This document shows positions 17,778-26,996 of a DNA stretch of 64,000 nt, one piece after another. The notes beneath the pieces were generated by a model. The model did not search any database. It was not told where the DNA came from and worked only from the letters and a program-made list of their open reading frames with translations. Position 1 is the stretch's first letter. Each line of letters starts with the position of its first letter. A program made the position numbers and the translations under genes. Source of the stretch: Gemmatimonadaceae bacterium. GTDB taxonomy: Bacteria; Gemmatimonadota; Gemmatimonadetes; Gemmatimonadales; Gemmatimonadaceae. The stretch is from assembly GCA_035633115.1 (NCBI GenBank), contig DASQFN010000031.1, positions 3,624-67,623 of the forward strand, read 5' to 3'.

Positions 17778-19004
17778 TCACTGCCTGCCAGCAACCTTCA
17801 CCGGCCTGAAATACCTCTGCACCGCAAGTTTCCCGATCGACACTCCCATCGCCTTCCCCGCATCCGCCGAAAAGCGATAATGCACTCCGGCCATGATGCG
17901 GGACTCGGAAACTTCATCGATGTATTCCTGCGCCGAGTGATATCTGCGGAGCATCGTCTTCTCCTGGTCGACGACGATCGGCGGCATTTTCTTCCCGAAT
18001 TCCTGATCGATCACCGTCCCCACCGCTGCCGCTGAAAGGCAGTGGCCACACGGATACTCCGGATGTGCCGGAGTCGTTGCGATCATCGTTACCCACGTCG
18101 AATCGGCGGCGGTCGAATCGTTACCATCCATCGCGGCACTTCGGATGGCCGTAACCGGACGCCACAGGTTGTACGCGTACTTGCCGTCCATCATAGCGAC
18201 GTATGAATCAGCCCACGCCATCTCCGCCAGGGCCAGGAAACGTGCATCGTCCACCAGGCTCCGCCCTGGTAATCCAATGAGCTGCCGCAGAATGAGTCGC
18301 ACGTCACGTCCCGCCCAGAACATTCCGACGTCGCTCTGCTCGGCGCTTCGGGCCTTGCTCCCCTTGGAGCCAATCGCCTTGATCTCGTTGTAGTCGCGCA
18401 CCCATGCCGCACTCTTGAGCGCCGGTGGAGGCGGGGGCCTGAGCTCATCCGGCTTCTTCATCACCCAGGGGCTCTGATGTGCCCAGACCATTCCGATCTG
18501 ACGAAGTGTCGGCACATAGACCCCTGCGGTTGCAGGCGACATGAACGGATCCTTTCTGTCGGCCTTCGAATTTGCCCGGGCGGCGAGAACTGCCGCAGCT
18601 GCCTGTCGTCCCACCGCAGCTCCGTTCTCTCGCGAAACGCTGTCCTTGATCAGGGCAAGTGAAGACTTTAATGCGGAATCGAACGCCGATTTCTGGTCCG
18701 CGCAAAGTTTGACGAGAATACCGTGGGCGGCGGTCGCCGCCGCAGCGTCCATCGAGCTGCCGGGAGCGGCGACTATCTTTGCGGTGTACGGCGTGTACTT
18801 GCCGGCTATCGCGTTGATTGCCTCGAACATCGCGACATGCATCATCGCGTATTCGTCGGTCTGCGATGCGTCTTCGCACTTGTCAGCCTGATCGCGCCAA
18901 TGGAGGAGCACGTTGTTCACCACTCCGGCGGACGTGATTGCCGGGAGGAGCAAAACTGTGAGAAGTATGAACGGTAGGAATCGGCGGGCACGATCGGAGT
19001 GCAT
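17778..19004 (-). CDS. Vanadium-dependent haloperoxidase/PAP2-like protein, secreted
   Basis: GKYAYNLWRP, HPEYPCGH, SRIMAGVHY motifs; N-terminal signal; likely ATG 19004. Confidence 0.85.
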   Translation of the reverse strand: MHSDRARRFLPFILLTVLLLPAITSAGVVNNVLLHWRDQADKCEDASQTDEYAMMHVAMFEAINAIAGKYTPYTAKIVAAPGSSMDAAAATAAHGILVKLCADQKSAFDSALKSSLALIKDSVSRENGAAVGRQAAAAVLAARANSKADRKDPFMSPATAGVYVPTLRQIGMVWAHQSPWVMKKPDELRPPPPPALKSAAWVRDYNEIKAIGSKGSKARSAEQSDVGMFWAGRDVRLILRQLIGLPGRSLVDDARFLALAEMAWADSYVAMMDGKYAYNLWRPVTAIRSAAMDGNDSTAADSTWVTMIATTPAHPEYPCGHCLSAAAVGTVIDQEFGKKMPPIVVDQEKTMLRRYHSAQEYIDEVSESRIMAGVHYRFSADAGKAMGVSIGKLAVQRYFRPVKVAGRQ

Positions 19005-19045
19005 GACTATCTCCTGACTACCGGCAATGCTCTTATCTGCCGTCA

Positions 19046-19104
19046 ATGAGAGAAAGCTCAAACGGATTCGGCGGATTATCCGGATCGAATTGTACATGCG
19101 TAAA
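19046..19104 (+). repeat. Half-copy (single left TIR) of the inverted-repeat element
   Basis: ATGAGAGAAAGCTCAAACGGATTCGGCGGATTATCCGGATCGAATTGTACATGCGTAAA aligns with the left end of copies A and B. Confidence 0.75.
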
Positions 19105-19123
19105 GCTCTTCCGCAACAGACGA

Positions 19124-19225
19124 TCAACGAACCGCGCTCACCTTTCCCAGGTATCGATCGAGCCAGTCGAGCGTCTCGCGAATCATCTCCTCTCGCGGAA
19201 GAAAGTGCTGCGTGGGATAAATCCT
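19124..19225 (-). pseudogene. C-terminal remnant of an alpha/beta-hydrolase (DLH/S9-like) domain
   Basis: RIYPTQHFLPREEMIRETLDWLDRYLGKVSAVR*, typical hydrolase tail including the catalytic-His region; a stop lies directly upstream. Confidence 0.6.
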
Positions 19226-19365
19226 TCACGTCCATGATGACGTGATCGCGATACGCACTTCCACGGCGTGTGCTTGAATGCCCGTCACGGATGAGGAAAC
19301 GGAGCTCAGCCCTGGCTGGGTAGCGCAACAAGGGGATCGCCTTCACCTTTGCTAGCCGATCCCCC

Positions 19366-22005
19366 ATGCAGACCGACGCACTCGAGCGCGTCACGCGCAC
19401 ACTCGCCGACCGCTACCACGTCGAACGCCTTATCGGCGAAGGCGGGATGGCGACGGTGTATCTCGCGCGCGATCTCAAACACGACCGCGACGTCGCCCTC
19501 AAGATCCTGAACCCCGAGCTCGGCGCGGTACTCGGGACGGACCGCTTCCTCGCTGAAATCCGTGTCACGGCCCGGCTTCAGCATCCGAATCTCCTCCCGC
19601 TTTTCGACAGCGGCGACGCCGAAGGAATCCTGTTTTACGTGATGCCGTTCGTCGAGGGCGAGTCGCTGCGGGCACGTCTCGAGCGTGAACGACAGCTCCC
19701 GCTCGATGAAACGATTCACATCGCCGCCGCGGTGGCAAACGGGCTCGACTACGCCCACGACCACTCCGTCATCCACCGCGACCTCAAGCCCGAGAACATT
19801 CTTCTTCAGTCCGGCCAGCCGCTCATTGCCGACTTCGGGATTGCGCTTGCCGTTACCGTCGCCGGTGGCCAACGCGTAACCCAAACCGGCCTCTCGCTCG
19901 GCACGCCACAGTACATGTCGCCCGAGCAGGCGACGGGCGACCGTCAGATAGATAGACGCACCGACATCTACTCGCTTGGCGCAGTCGTGTACGAGATGCT
20001 CACTGGTGAGCCGCCTCACACGGGCGGAACCGTTCAGGCTATTGTCGCGAAAGTTCTCACCGAGAGGCCGAGGCGTGTGAGGCTCATGCGGCCGAGCGTG
20101 CCGGAGCATGTGGAGCAGGCGATCGACTCCGCGCTGGAGAAAGTGCCGGCGGACAGATGGCAGAGCGCCGGAGATTTCGCCGATGCACTGCGCGGGCGCG
20201 CGCGGACCCTTCCATCGACGAGTCGCAGCTACAGTGCAGCAGAGGCTTCGGCCTCCGCGCGAACACTCGGGTCGCGGCTGCGTGATCCTATAGTGGTGGC
20301 GGCCGTTGCTCTGGCAGTGGCTGCTTCCGGATTCGCCGCGTGGAGCTCGATGAAAAGCGAGCCGCAGGCGTTGTCAGGACCCGTCCGCTTTGCTTTCGCT
20401 GCTCCCGAGGAGGTCGCGTCGGTGATCGGAACCCTGGACATCTCGCCGGATGGGCGCAACATCGTCTACCTGGCGAGCGTCGGGGGAATGAACGCGCTTG
20501 CACTGCGGTCGCTCGACTCGCTGGCCCCGCGACTGCTCGAGGGTGTTACAGCTCCCGAAAGTCCGACTTTTTCTCCTGACGGCCGGTGGGTCGCATTTCT
20601 GTCAGGGTCAGCCTTGAAAAAAATCTCTGTCGATGGCGGTCCAGTCATCACGCTCACGGAATGGACGCGCCCGAGAATCGGCCTCTATGCCATTCGATGG
20701 AGCGACGACGGGATCCTCGTCGGATCGGAGCGCGGATTGTTTCTCGTTCCTCCGAGCGGAGGAGAGCCGCGTCTGTTCGCGCCGATCGATTCAGCGCGCG
20801 GCGAAACCTTTCGCGCCGGTCCCCAGCCGATTCCCGGCACGCACGCGGTGCTCTTCGCGTCGGGCAGGGCAGCGCCTAGCCCGCCCCGGATCGGGGTTAC
20901 GATCGTTCCGACCGGAAAGACCAAGGATCTCGGGATTCTCGGATTCAACGCGCTCGGTGTTGTAGCGGGGCACCTCCTGTACCTCGCGAACGAAGTCGTC
21001 ATGGCCGTTCCCTTCGACCTGAAGAAGCTCGAGACGACGGGAACCCCTGTGCCGGTCCTCGACCGTGTAAATGGAGTCGGACAGATTGCTCTCTCGCAAG
21101 CCGGAACGCTCGTGTATCGCATGGGATCGGGAGCGGACCAGCCGTCGCTCGTTTCCCGCGACTCGGTACAGCCATTATTGCCTGTGGGACGCTATACGCA
21201 CGCCGCGTATTCTCCCGATGGGCGGCGCATCGCCCTGTCGTTACTGGACGGCGACAAGATTGACATTGCAGTGTACGACATCGCGGCGCGATCTCTCACT
21301 CGTCTTACAACTGACGGCTCAGGTAACGATCGTCCCGAATGGACTCCGGACGGCACGCGAATCATCTATCGGTCGACGCGTCAGGGCAAAGAGGCACTGT
21401 GGTGGCAGCCGGTTGATGGAAGCGGTCCGGCCGAGCTTCTTCTCGAGCGGCCCGGCGGCGTTCAGGAGGGGGTGATTACGCCGGACGGAACGACGCTGAT
21501 CTATCGCACGATCAGGCCGGTCACGGGTCGCGACATTCTCGCGCGGCGACTATCAGGCGATACGACCAGCCGGCTGATCGTCGGGACCGAAGCCAGTGAG
21601 TCGCACATCGCCGTTTCTTCCGATGGGAGATTTCTGGCGTATCAGTCCAACGAATCGGGAAGGGCTGAAGTTTTCGTTCGGTCGCTTCAGGGCGCCGGGG
21701 CGCGCTGGCAGGTCACTAACGATGGCGGAGCCAGTCCGGTGTGGTCGCGAGACGGCAGGAAGCTTTTCTATTTCAGCGGGCGAACCATCGCATTCGCGCG
21801 TGTTTCGACCGACGGCGGCCGCTTTGCCGTCGTTTCGCGGGACACGCTCGCCACCGGCTCGTACTTTCGTTCGCCCAGCCACCGCTCCTTCGATGCCACG
21901 CCCGATGGCAATCAAGTGCTCGCGTTGGTGTTCGCGGGTGGTGATGTCGTTCCCGTTGTTGTCCTCAACTGGGTGACAGAGCTCAGACAGAAGCTCGCTC
22001 GTTAG
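19366..22005 (+). CDS. Ser/Thr protein kinase with TM and PD40/TolB-like beta-propeller
   Basis: GEGGMATV, VALK, HRDLKPEN, DFG; repeated SPDGR motifs; C-terminal VVLNW. Confidence 0.95.
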   Translation: MQTDALERVTRTLADRYHVERLIGEGGMATVYLARDLKHDRDVALKILNPELGAVLGTDRFLAEIRVTARLQHPNLLPLFDSGDAEGILFYVMPFVEGESLRARLERERQLPLDETIHIAAAVANGLDYAHDHSVIHRDLKPENILLQSGQPLIADFGIALAVTVAGGQRVTQTGLSLGTPQYMSPEQATGDRQIDRRTDIYSLGAVVYEMLTGEPPHTGGTVQAIVAKVLTERPRRVRLMRPSVPEHVEQAIDSALEKVPADRWQSAGDFADALRGRARTLPSTSRSYSAAEASASARTLGSRLRDPIVVAAVALAVAASGFAAWSSMKSEPQALSGPVRFAFAAPEEVASVIGTLDISPDGRNIVYLASVGGMNALALRSLDSLAPRLLEGVTAPESPTFSPDGRWVAFLSGSALKKISVDGGPVITLTEWTRPRIGLYAIRWSDDGILVGSERGLFLVPPSGGEPRLFAPIDSARGETFRAGPQPIPGTHAVLFASGRAAPSPPRIGVTIVPTGKTKDLGILGFNALGVVAGHLLYLANEVVMAVPFDLKKLETTGTPVPVLDRVNGVGQIALSQAGTLVYRMGSGADQPSLVSRDSVQPLLPVGRYTHAAYSPDGRRIALSLLDGDKIDIAVYDIAARSLTRLTTDGSGNDRPEWTPDGTRIIYRSTRQGKEALWWQPVDGSGPAELLLERPGGVQEGVITPDGTTLIYRTIRPVTGRDILARRLSGDTTSRLIVGTEASESHIAVSSDGRFLAYQSNESGRAEVFVRSLQGAGARWQVTNDGGASPVWSRDGRKLFYFSGRTIAFARVSTDGGRFAVVSRDTLATGSYFRSPSHRSFDATPDGNQVLALVFAGGDVVPVVVLNWVTELRQKLAR

Positions 22006-22046
22006 CCGTCGACGGCGCGCCCCCGTCGCTTTTACGCCTGAGGCGC

Positions 22047-23060
22047 TCAGCGCACGACGGCAACGACGAGGGCGATCAGCCCGAGCACTGCACCAAAGCC
22101 TGCAATCAGCACAGCCGCCTGCCCGGTCTTTCTCCATCGCAGCTCGGCGGCTTCGATGGCGCGCATCAGCCGATCTTCGCTCGACGGAGCCTCGTCCCCG
22201 AAGAGCGACTGTTGCATCACGCTCTTCCCGCCCATTACCTCGGCCATGGCCCGCTCCATCTGCCAGTGATGAATTCGCTTGGCCTCGTCAATCCCCGGCT
22301 CCGCCGCAGCCATCGTCGCTGCCTTGAGAACGGCATTCTTGATGTCGCCGCCGCTCACCAGGTATCTCTCCGCCAGATCGCGAAAATTCACATCGTCCGC
22401 CAGCGGAGTCTTGGATGGATGGATCTGTACTTTCCAGATCTGCTCACGCTCGTCGACGCCCGGCATCTCGAACAACACGTGAGTTCTAATGCGGCGCTCG
22501 AACGCGGGGTCGAAGTTCACGGCGAGGTTTGTCGCAAAGATCACGACACCGTTGAACGCCTCGAGCTCCTTGAGCAGAACATTCACGACGGTATTCGATT
22601 CGCGCGCATACCCCTGCACCGCACCGGTCGTGCGACGTGAAGCAATCGCGTCGGCTTCATCGAAGAAGAGAACCGCATCCTCCTCGGCAGCCATCCTGAA
22701 CACCGCGGCGACGTTCTTCGGCGTCTCACCCGCCCACATCGACTCCATCTCGGCGTACCGCACCGACAGCAGCTTCTTGCCGAGCGCGGTCGCGATCGCC
22801 TCGGCACAGATGGTTTTTCCGGTGCCGGGCGGGCCGGCAAAGTTGAACGCCAGGCCGAGGCCGCTCGAGTGCCGCTCGCCCAGGCCCCACTGGGTGAAGA
22901 TCAGCGCGTGGCTTCGCACCAGACTCAACGCCTCGTCAAGCTGCGCGCGCGTGCGAGGCGGGAGGATTACATCGGCAAACGTGCGGCGCGTGTCGATTGT
23001 CTCGACCGCTCGGCGGCCGCCAATTCGGCCAGCGATGAAATCGCGGATGGGGGTAGGCAT
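22047..23060 (-). CDS. AAA+ ATPase with C-terminal membrane anchor
   Basis: GPPGTGKT Walker A, FFDEAD Walker B, ATN...DPAFERR SRH; hydrophobic C-terminal tail. Confidence 0.88.
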   Translation of the reverse strand: MPTPIRDFIAGRIGGRRAVETIDTRRTFADVILPPRTRAQLDEALSLVRSHALIFTQWGLGERHSSGLGLAFNFAGPPGTGKTICAEAIATALGKKLLSVRYAEMESMWAGETPKNVAAVFRMAAEEDAVLFFDEADAIASRRTTGAVQGYARESNTVVNVLLKELEAFNGVVIFATNLAVNFDPAFERRIRTHVLFEMPGVDEREQIWKVQIHPSKTPLADDVNFRDLAERYLVSGGDIKNAVLKAATMAAAEPGIDEAKRIHHWQMERAMAEVMGGKSVMQQSLFGDEAPSSEDRLMRAIEAAELRWRKTGQAAVLIAGFGAVLGLIALVVAVVR

Positions 23061-23139
23061 CTGACAATGGATTTAACGAAGAAAACGCGTCGGGAACAAG
23101 GACTAGAGACACCGTTTCTCGCCGGTTTGATCCGGTCAG

Positions 23140-23703
23140 GCATCTATGACGGAGGGTTCTTCAGGATTCGGCGGATTAACCGGATTGACTCCGCGCGTCA
23201 GAAAAGCATGCGTACTGGCAGAAATTGATTATTGGGGAACTACGGAACTGCGTACCGTTCTGCTATGCGTCAACTCGTCGAGCAAGAGCTCACAAAATCC
23301 ATCATTGGTGCGTTCTACGAGGTCTACAACGCCCTTGGATTCGGGTTTCTCGAGCACACGTACGTAATGGCGCTGGAGCGCGAGCTCAGGGCCCGCGGAC
23401 ACCAACGTTGCCCGGGAAGCCTCGGTGCGAATCATGTACAAGGGCGAGGAGCTGTCCTACCAACGACTGGACATGATCGTTGACGGCAAGGTGATCGTGG
23501 AAGCCAAATCCACGCTGGAGCTTCATAAGAGTGCCCGGCGCCAGGTCTACAACTACCTGAGAGCGACTGATCTGGAAGTGGGATTGCTCCTTCATTTTGG
23601 CCCCACCGCCAGCTTCTACCGCGAAATCCGTAGTACCCCAAAAAAGAAATCAGCCGAATCCGTTAAATCAGCCGAATCCCTTTAAACCCTCGGACATAGA
23701 TGC
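23140..23703 (+). mobile_element. TIR-bounded element carrying a GxxExxY gene (putative autonomous partner of the 215-bp elements)
   Basis: Left GCATCTATGACGGAGGGTTCTTCAGGATTCGGCGGATTAACCGGATT; right end reverse-complements to GCATCTATGTCCGAGGGTTTAAAGGGATTCGGCTGATTTAACGGATT; encloses only the GxxExxY gene. Confidence 0.7.
23265..23685 (+). pseudogene. GxxExxY protein (PD-(D/E)XK-like), +1 frameshift near 23400-23406
   Basis: ELTKSIIGAFYEVYNALGFGFLEHTY (GxxExxY) in one frame; VAREASVRIMYKG...RLDMIVDGKVIVEAK...QVYNYL...GLLLHFG in the next. Confidence 0.88.
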
Positions 23704-23796
23704 GTGAGAGGCGCCACGCAAGTTGCCTCACCGCCTTCTCGGAGCATTCCAGGGTGTCCGCTGAATGAGCCGGCGACTCTTATTGCGCAGTTGCCG

Positions 23797-24018
23797 CTAG
23801 TCCTTGTTACCCGGCTCGTACTTGAATGAGACCTTCACCTTCGCGCGGTAAGTCTCGATCTTGCCGTCCCGCATCTGCACGTCGAGCTGAGAAACTTCGG
23901 CGACTCTCAGCTCTCTCACTGTCTTCCCCGCCCGTCTGAGCGCGGCAGCTGCTGCTTTTTCCCACGATTCAGTGCTCGTGCCAATCAGCTCGATCACTTT
24001 GTAAACGCTTTCTGCCAT
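23797..24018 (-). CDS. Dodecin-family protein
   Basis: SVYKVIELIGTSTESWEKAA...YRAKVKVSFKYE. Confidence 0.9.
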   Translation of the reverse strand: MAESVYKVIELIGTSTESWEKAAAAALRRAGKTVRELRVAEVSQLDVQMRDGKIETYRAKVKVSFKYEPGNKD

Positions 24019-24136
24019 GTCATCTCCGTGTTTGTAGTTTCACGACTTCGGCTAGAACTGCCACCACGTTGCGTCCCGCATCAATAACCGCACCAGAACG
24101 ACGCTGTCACGGCACGCACTGAACTCAGGCCGTCGG

Positions 24137-24560
24137 TCACTCCTTCGTCCACGCCGAGAGGGCGGCTAAATCCATCGGACTCAACCGCGCGTCGGGATGG
24201 AGCGTCAGGTAGTACCACAGCGGCATCCGGTGAGTCGCTGTTACACGATCGATGTTCATTCGCAGCGCTCGCTGATGCACGCTGTCGTAGCTTGCCCAAT
24301 CCGAGAAGTTCAGGAACCTGCGGGCCTTTTCTACGTCCGCGACAACCTGCCACGACAGCGGCGCCACGTACGCCCAGATCGGCCACCGCGTTTCAGTGGA
24401 GTGACAGTCGTAGCACGCACGCCGGAGAATCCACTGTACGTTGCGCGGCGCGTGAGGATCTCCCGTGCCGAGTCGATTCGTTCGCTGGACGGGGATGAAC
24501 TGAATGCCGACGAGTATCAGGGAGCAGCAGCGTCGCCGAGTAGAGTAAGTACCGTTTCAT
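24137..24560 (-). pseudogene. Heme-binding (Haem_bd) monoheme cytochrome c-like protein, +1 frameshift near 24520
   Basis: MKRYLLYSATLLL in one frame; LILVGIQFIPV...ACYDCHSTETRWP...LNFSDW...MPLWYYLTLHP in the next; CxxCH motif. Confidence 0.8.
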
Positions 24561-24657
24561 GGTGCGTGAGTCATGGCGGGATAACCGGGGCGAAATCTGC
24601 GACCCAGGGTTTCTGCGGGACTTGCGATCGTGTGAGGGGTGATCGCCCTGTGATTTC

Positions 24658-26907
24658 CTACTTCAGGCCAATCCGCTGCACCAGCGCGGCGTACCGCGGA
24701 TCGCCCCGCAGAGGCTTGAACCCGGGATCGAGGTGCAAATAAATCAGCCCGGCGGATCGCGTCTGGTACGCGCGTTCGAGCGACGCAAAAGCCTGCTCGA
24801 GATTTCCCAATGCGGCGTAACCCATCGCCAGAATTTCCGAGCGGACATAGTGCTGCCTGCCTTCTTCCTCGAGACGCGCCATGATTTCCTCTCCCTCGTC
24901 GCGCCGGTCGAGGTTGGCGAGGGCGCGGACAATGAACGCATCATATGAACGCACACTCGATTCCAGTCCCTGGCCCTTCCGGTACCATTCGAGCGCCGTC
25001 TCCGCGTGTCCCAGCGCGAGGTGTGCGGACCCAAGATCGAGATAAACGGCCAGATTCCTATCGTCGATCTCGATTGTTTTCTCGGCCTGCGAGATGGCGC
25101 CGGAGTAGTCGCCCGTGTAAAACAGAAAGCGCGCGAGCCAGCGGCTGTAGAGGGGATCCAGCGGGTTGAGGGTCAGCGCTTTTCGAATCTCGGCAATTCC
25201 TTCGCCGAGCAGCCCGACCGCGGGCAGCACACTGCCGAAGGCAAAGTGTGCTTCCGCATCGTTCGGCGCGAGAGAAACTGACCGCCGCAGCTCCTTCTCC
25301 GACGCAGCGAAGTCCCACTCGTACCACCCGAAGACCTTTCCGAGCGCAGAGTGTGCTTCCGCAAGATCCGGGTCGCCCTGCAGCGCGCGCATCGCTGTCG
25401 CCTTTGCCTGTGGATATGCCTCGTCGGGCGCAACCCAGTCGTCGGCGAGACGGCACCAGCAGTCCGCCATTCCAGCGTAAGCCCGCGCGTAACCGGGCTC
25501 GAGCAGCAGCACTCGCTGGAAGAAATCAATGCCCTTGCGAAGGCTCGCCTCGTTGAAGCGGTGGTAGAAGAAGCGCGCCTTCAGGTAGAGGTTGTAGGCG
25601 TCGAGATTCTTGGTTGGGACGACAAGCTGCTCGCTGTCACTGCCGAGGGTGAGCTTCAGTGACTCGACAATCGCGCGCGAAATCTCCTCCTGAATCTCGA
25701 ACACATCCGCGAGCTCGCGATTGTAGGTATCCGACCAGAGGTGGTAGCCATTCTCGACGTTCACCAGCTGAGCGCTGATTCGGATCTTGTTGCCGATCTT
25801 CCGCACGCTGCCTTCCAGAACCGACCCCACGCCGAGCTTCTCCCCAACCTCGCGACTGTCTACATGCTTTCCCTTGAATACAAAACTCGAGTTGCGCGAT
25901 GCTACGTGAAGTCCCGGAACCTTCGAGATCGCATTTATTATCTCTTCCGTCATTCCGTCGCTGAAGTACTCGTTCTCCGGGTCCGCGCTCATGTTGGCGA
26001 AGGGGAGAACCGCGATCGCTTTCTTCGTGTCCGCGCCTTTCTGCGGCTCCTGCCCGCGCCGTCCCGACGTCTGGCCATCCTGCGAGATCAACCGCAGCGC
26101 CTCAGCGAACTCGGCAGCGGTGGGGAACCGGTCCACCGGAGTCCGCGACAGCGCACGCGTCACGGCCCGATCGACTTCCTCGGGCACGTCCCGCGCCGTT
26201 CGCACTTTCGGAATCTCGGAAACGAACCGCTTTGCGATGATCGCCTGAGCCGTCGGACCCGTAAACGGCGGCTCTCCGCTCAGCATCTCGTAGAGCACGC
26301 AGCCCAGACTGTATAGATCGCTGCGGCCATCCACCTCTGTTCCGCCACTCGCCTGCTCCGGGCTCATATAGGCCGGAGTGCCGACGACCATTCCCGTCTG
26401 CGTGATGGATCCGCGGCCGCTCAACGCCTTGCCGATGCCGAAATCGGCGACCATGGCGTTCCCTTCGTGGAGAAGAATGTTCTCCGGCTTGATGTCGCGG
26501 TGCACGACGCCGTGACGGTGCGCGTAATCAAGAGCCGAGGCAACTTCGCGGGTGATGCGAAGACTCTCTTCAAGCGGCAGCTGTCGCTCGTGATCGAGAC
26601 GCTCCCGTAGCGAGCGCCCTTCCATGCTCGGCATTACGTAGAAGAGCAAGCCCTCAGCGTCGCCCGAGTCATAGACCGGAAGAATGTGGGGATGCGTAAG
26701 ACCTGCAGCCATCTTGATCTCTCGAAGAAACCGGTCGGCACCGATCTCCGCGGAGATCTCGGGCCGGAGAACCTTGACGGCGACTTTCCGCTCGTGGCGT
26801 CGGTCGTTCGCGAGAAACACCACCGCCATCCCACCTTGGCCCAGCTCACGCTCAATTGCGTAGCGGCCGCCGAGCCCGGCCTCGAGACGTTCCTGGAGCG
26901 TGGTCAT
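24658..26907 (-). CDS. Ser/Thr protein kinase with TolB_N-like and TPR domains, no TM
   Basis: GQGGMAVV, VAVK, HRDIKPEN, DFG; IAVLPFANMSADPENEYFSDG; TPRs. Confidence 0.95.
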   Translation of the reverse strand: MTTLQERLEAGLGGRYAIERELGQGGMAVVFLANDRRHERKVAVKVLRPEISAEIGADRFLREIKMAAGLTHPHILPVYDSGDAEGLLFYVMPSMEGRSLRERLDHERQLPLEESLRITREVASALDYAHRHGVVHRDIKPENILLHEGNAMVADFGIGKALSGRGSITQTGMVVGTPAYMSPEQASGGTEVDGRSDLYSLGCVLYEMLSGEPPFTGPTAQAIIAKRFVSEIPKVRTARDVPEEVDRAVTRALSRTPVDRFPTAAEFAEALRLISQDGQTSGRRGQEPQKGADTKKAIAVLPFANMSADPENEYFSDGMTEEIINAISKVPGLHVASRNSSFVFKGKHVDSREVGEKLGVGSVLEGSVRKIGNKIRISAQLVNVENGYHLWSDTYNRELADVFEIQEEISRAIVESLKLTLGSDSEQLVVPTKNLDAYNLYLKARFFYHRFNEASLRKGIDFFQRVLLLEPGYARAYAGMADCWCRLADDWVAPDEAYPQAKATAMRALQGDPDLAEAHSALGKVFGWYEWDFAASEKELRRSVSLAPNDAEAHFAFGSVLPAVGLLGEGIAEIRKALTLNPLDPLYSRWLARFLFYTGDYSGAISQAEKTIEIDDRNLAVYLDLGSAHLALGHAETALEWYRKGQGLESSVRSYDAFIVRALANLDRRDEGEEIMARLEEEGRQHYVRSEILAMGYAALGNLEQAFASLERAYQTRSAGLIYLHLDPGFKPLRGDPRYAALVQRIGLK

Positions 26908-26996
26908 TCGACCAAAGATGGCGCAAACGCTGGTTGTCGCCAGCCTCGGAACCGCATATTGGGCACTCCGTGATGGTCCTCACCGACTGAGACCCT

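Noticed and set aside
19230-19320. Possible YifB/ComM N-terminal remnant (SSVTGIQAHAVEV) on the minus strand
   Set aside because: Too short, with no start context; could be chance.
22047-23060. AAA ATPase as Afp15-like component of a contractile injection system
   Set aside because: No tail, sheath or baseplate genes in the window.
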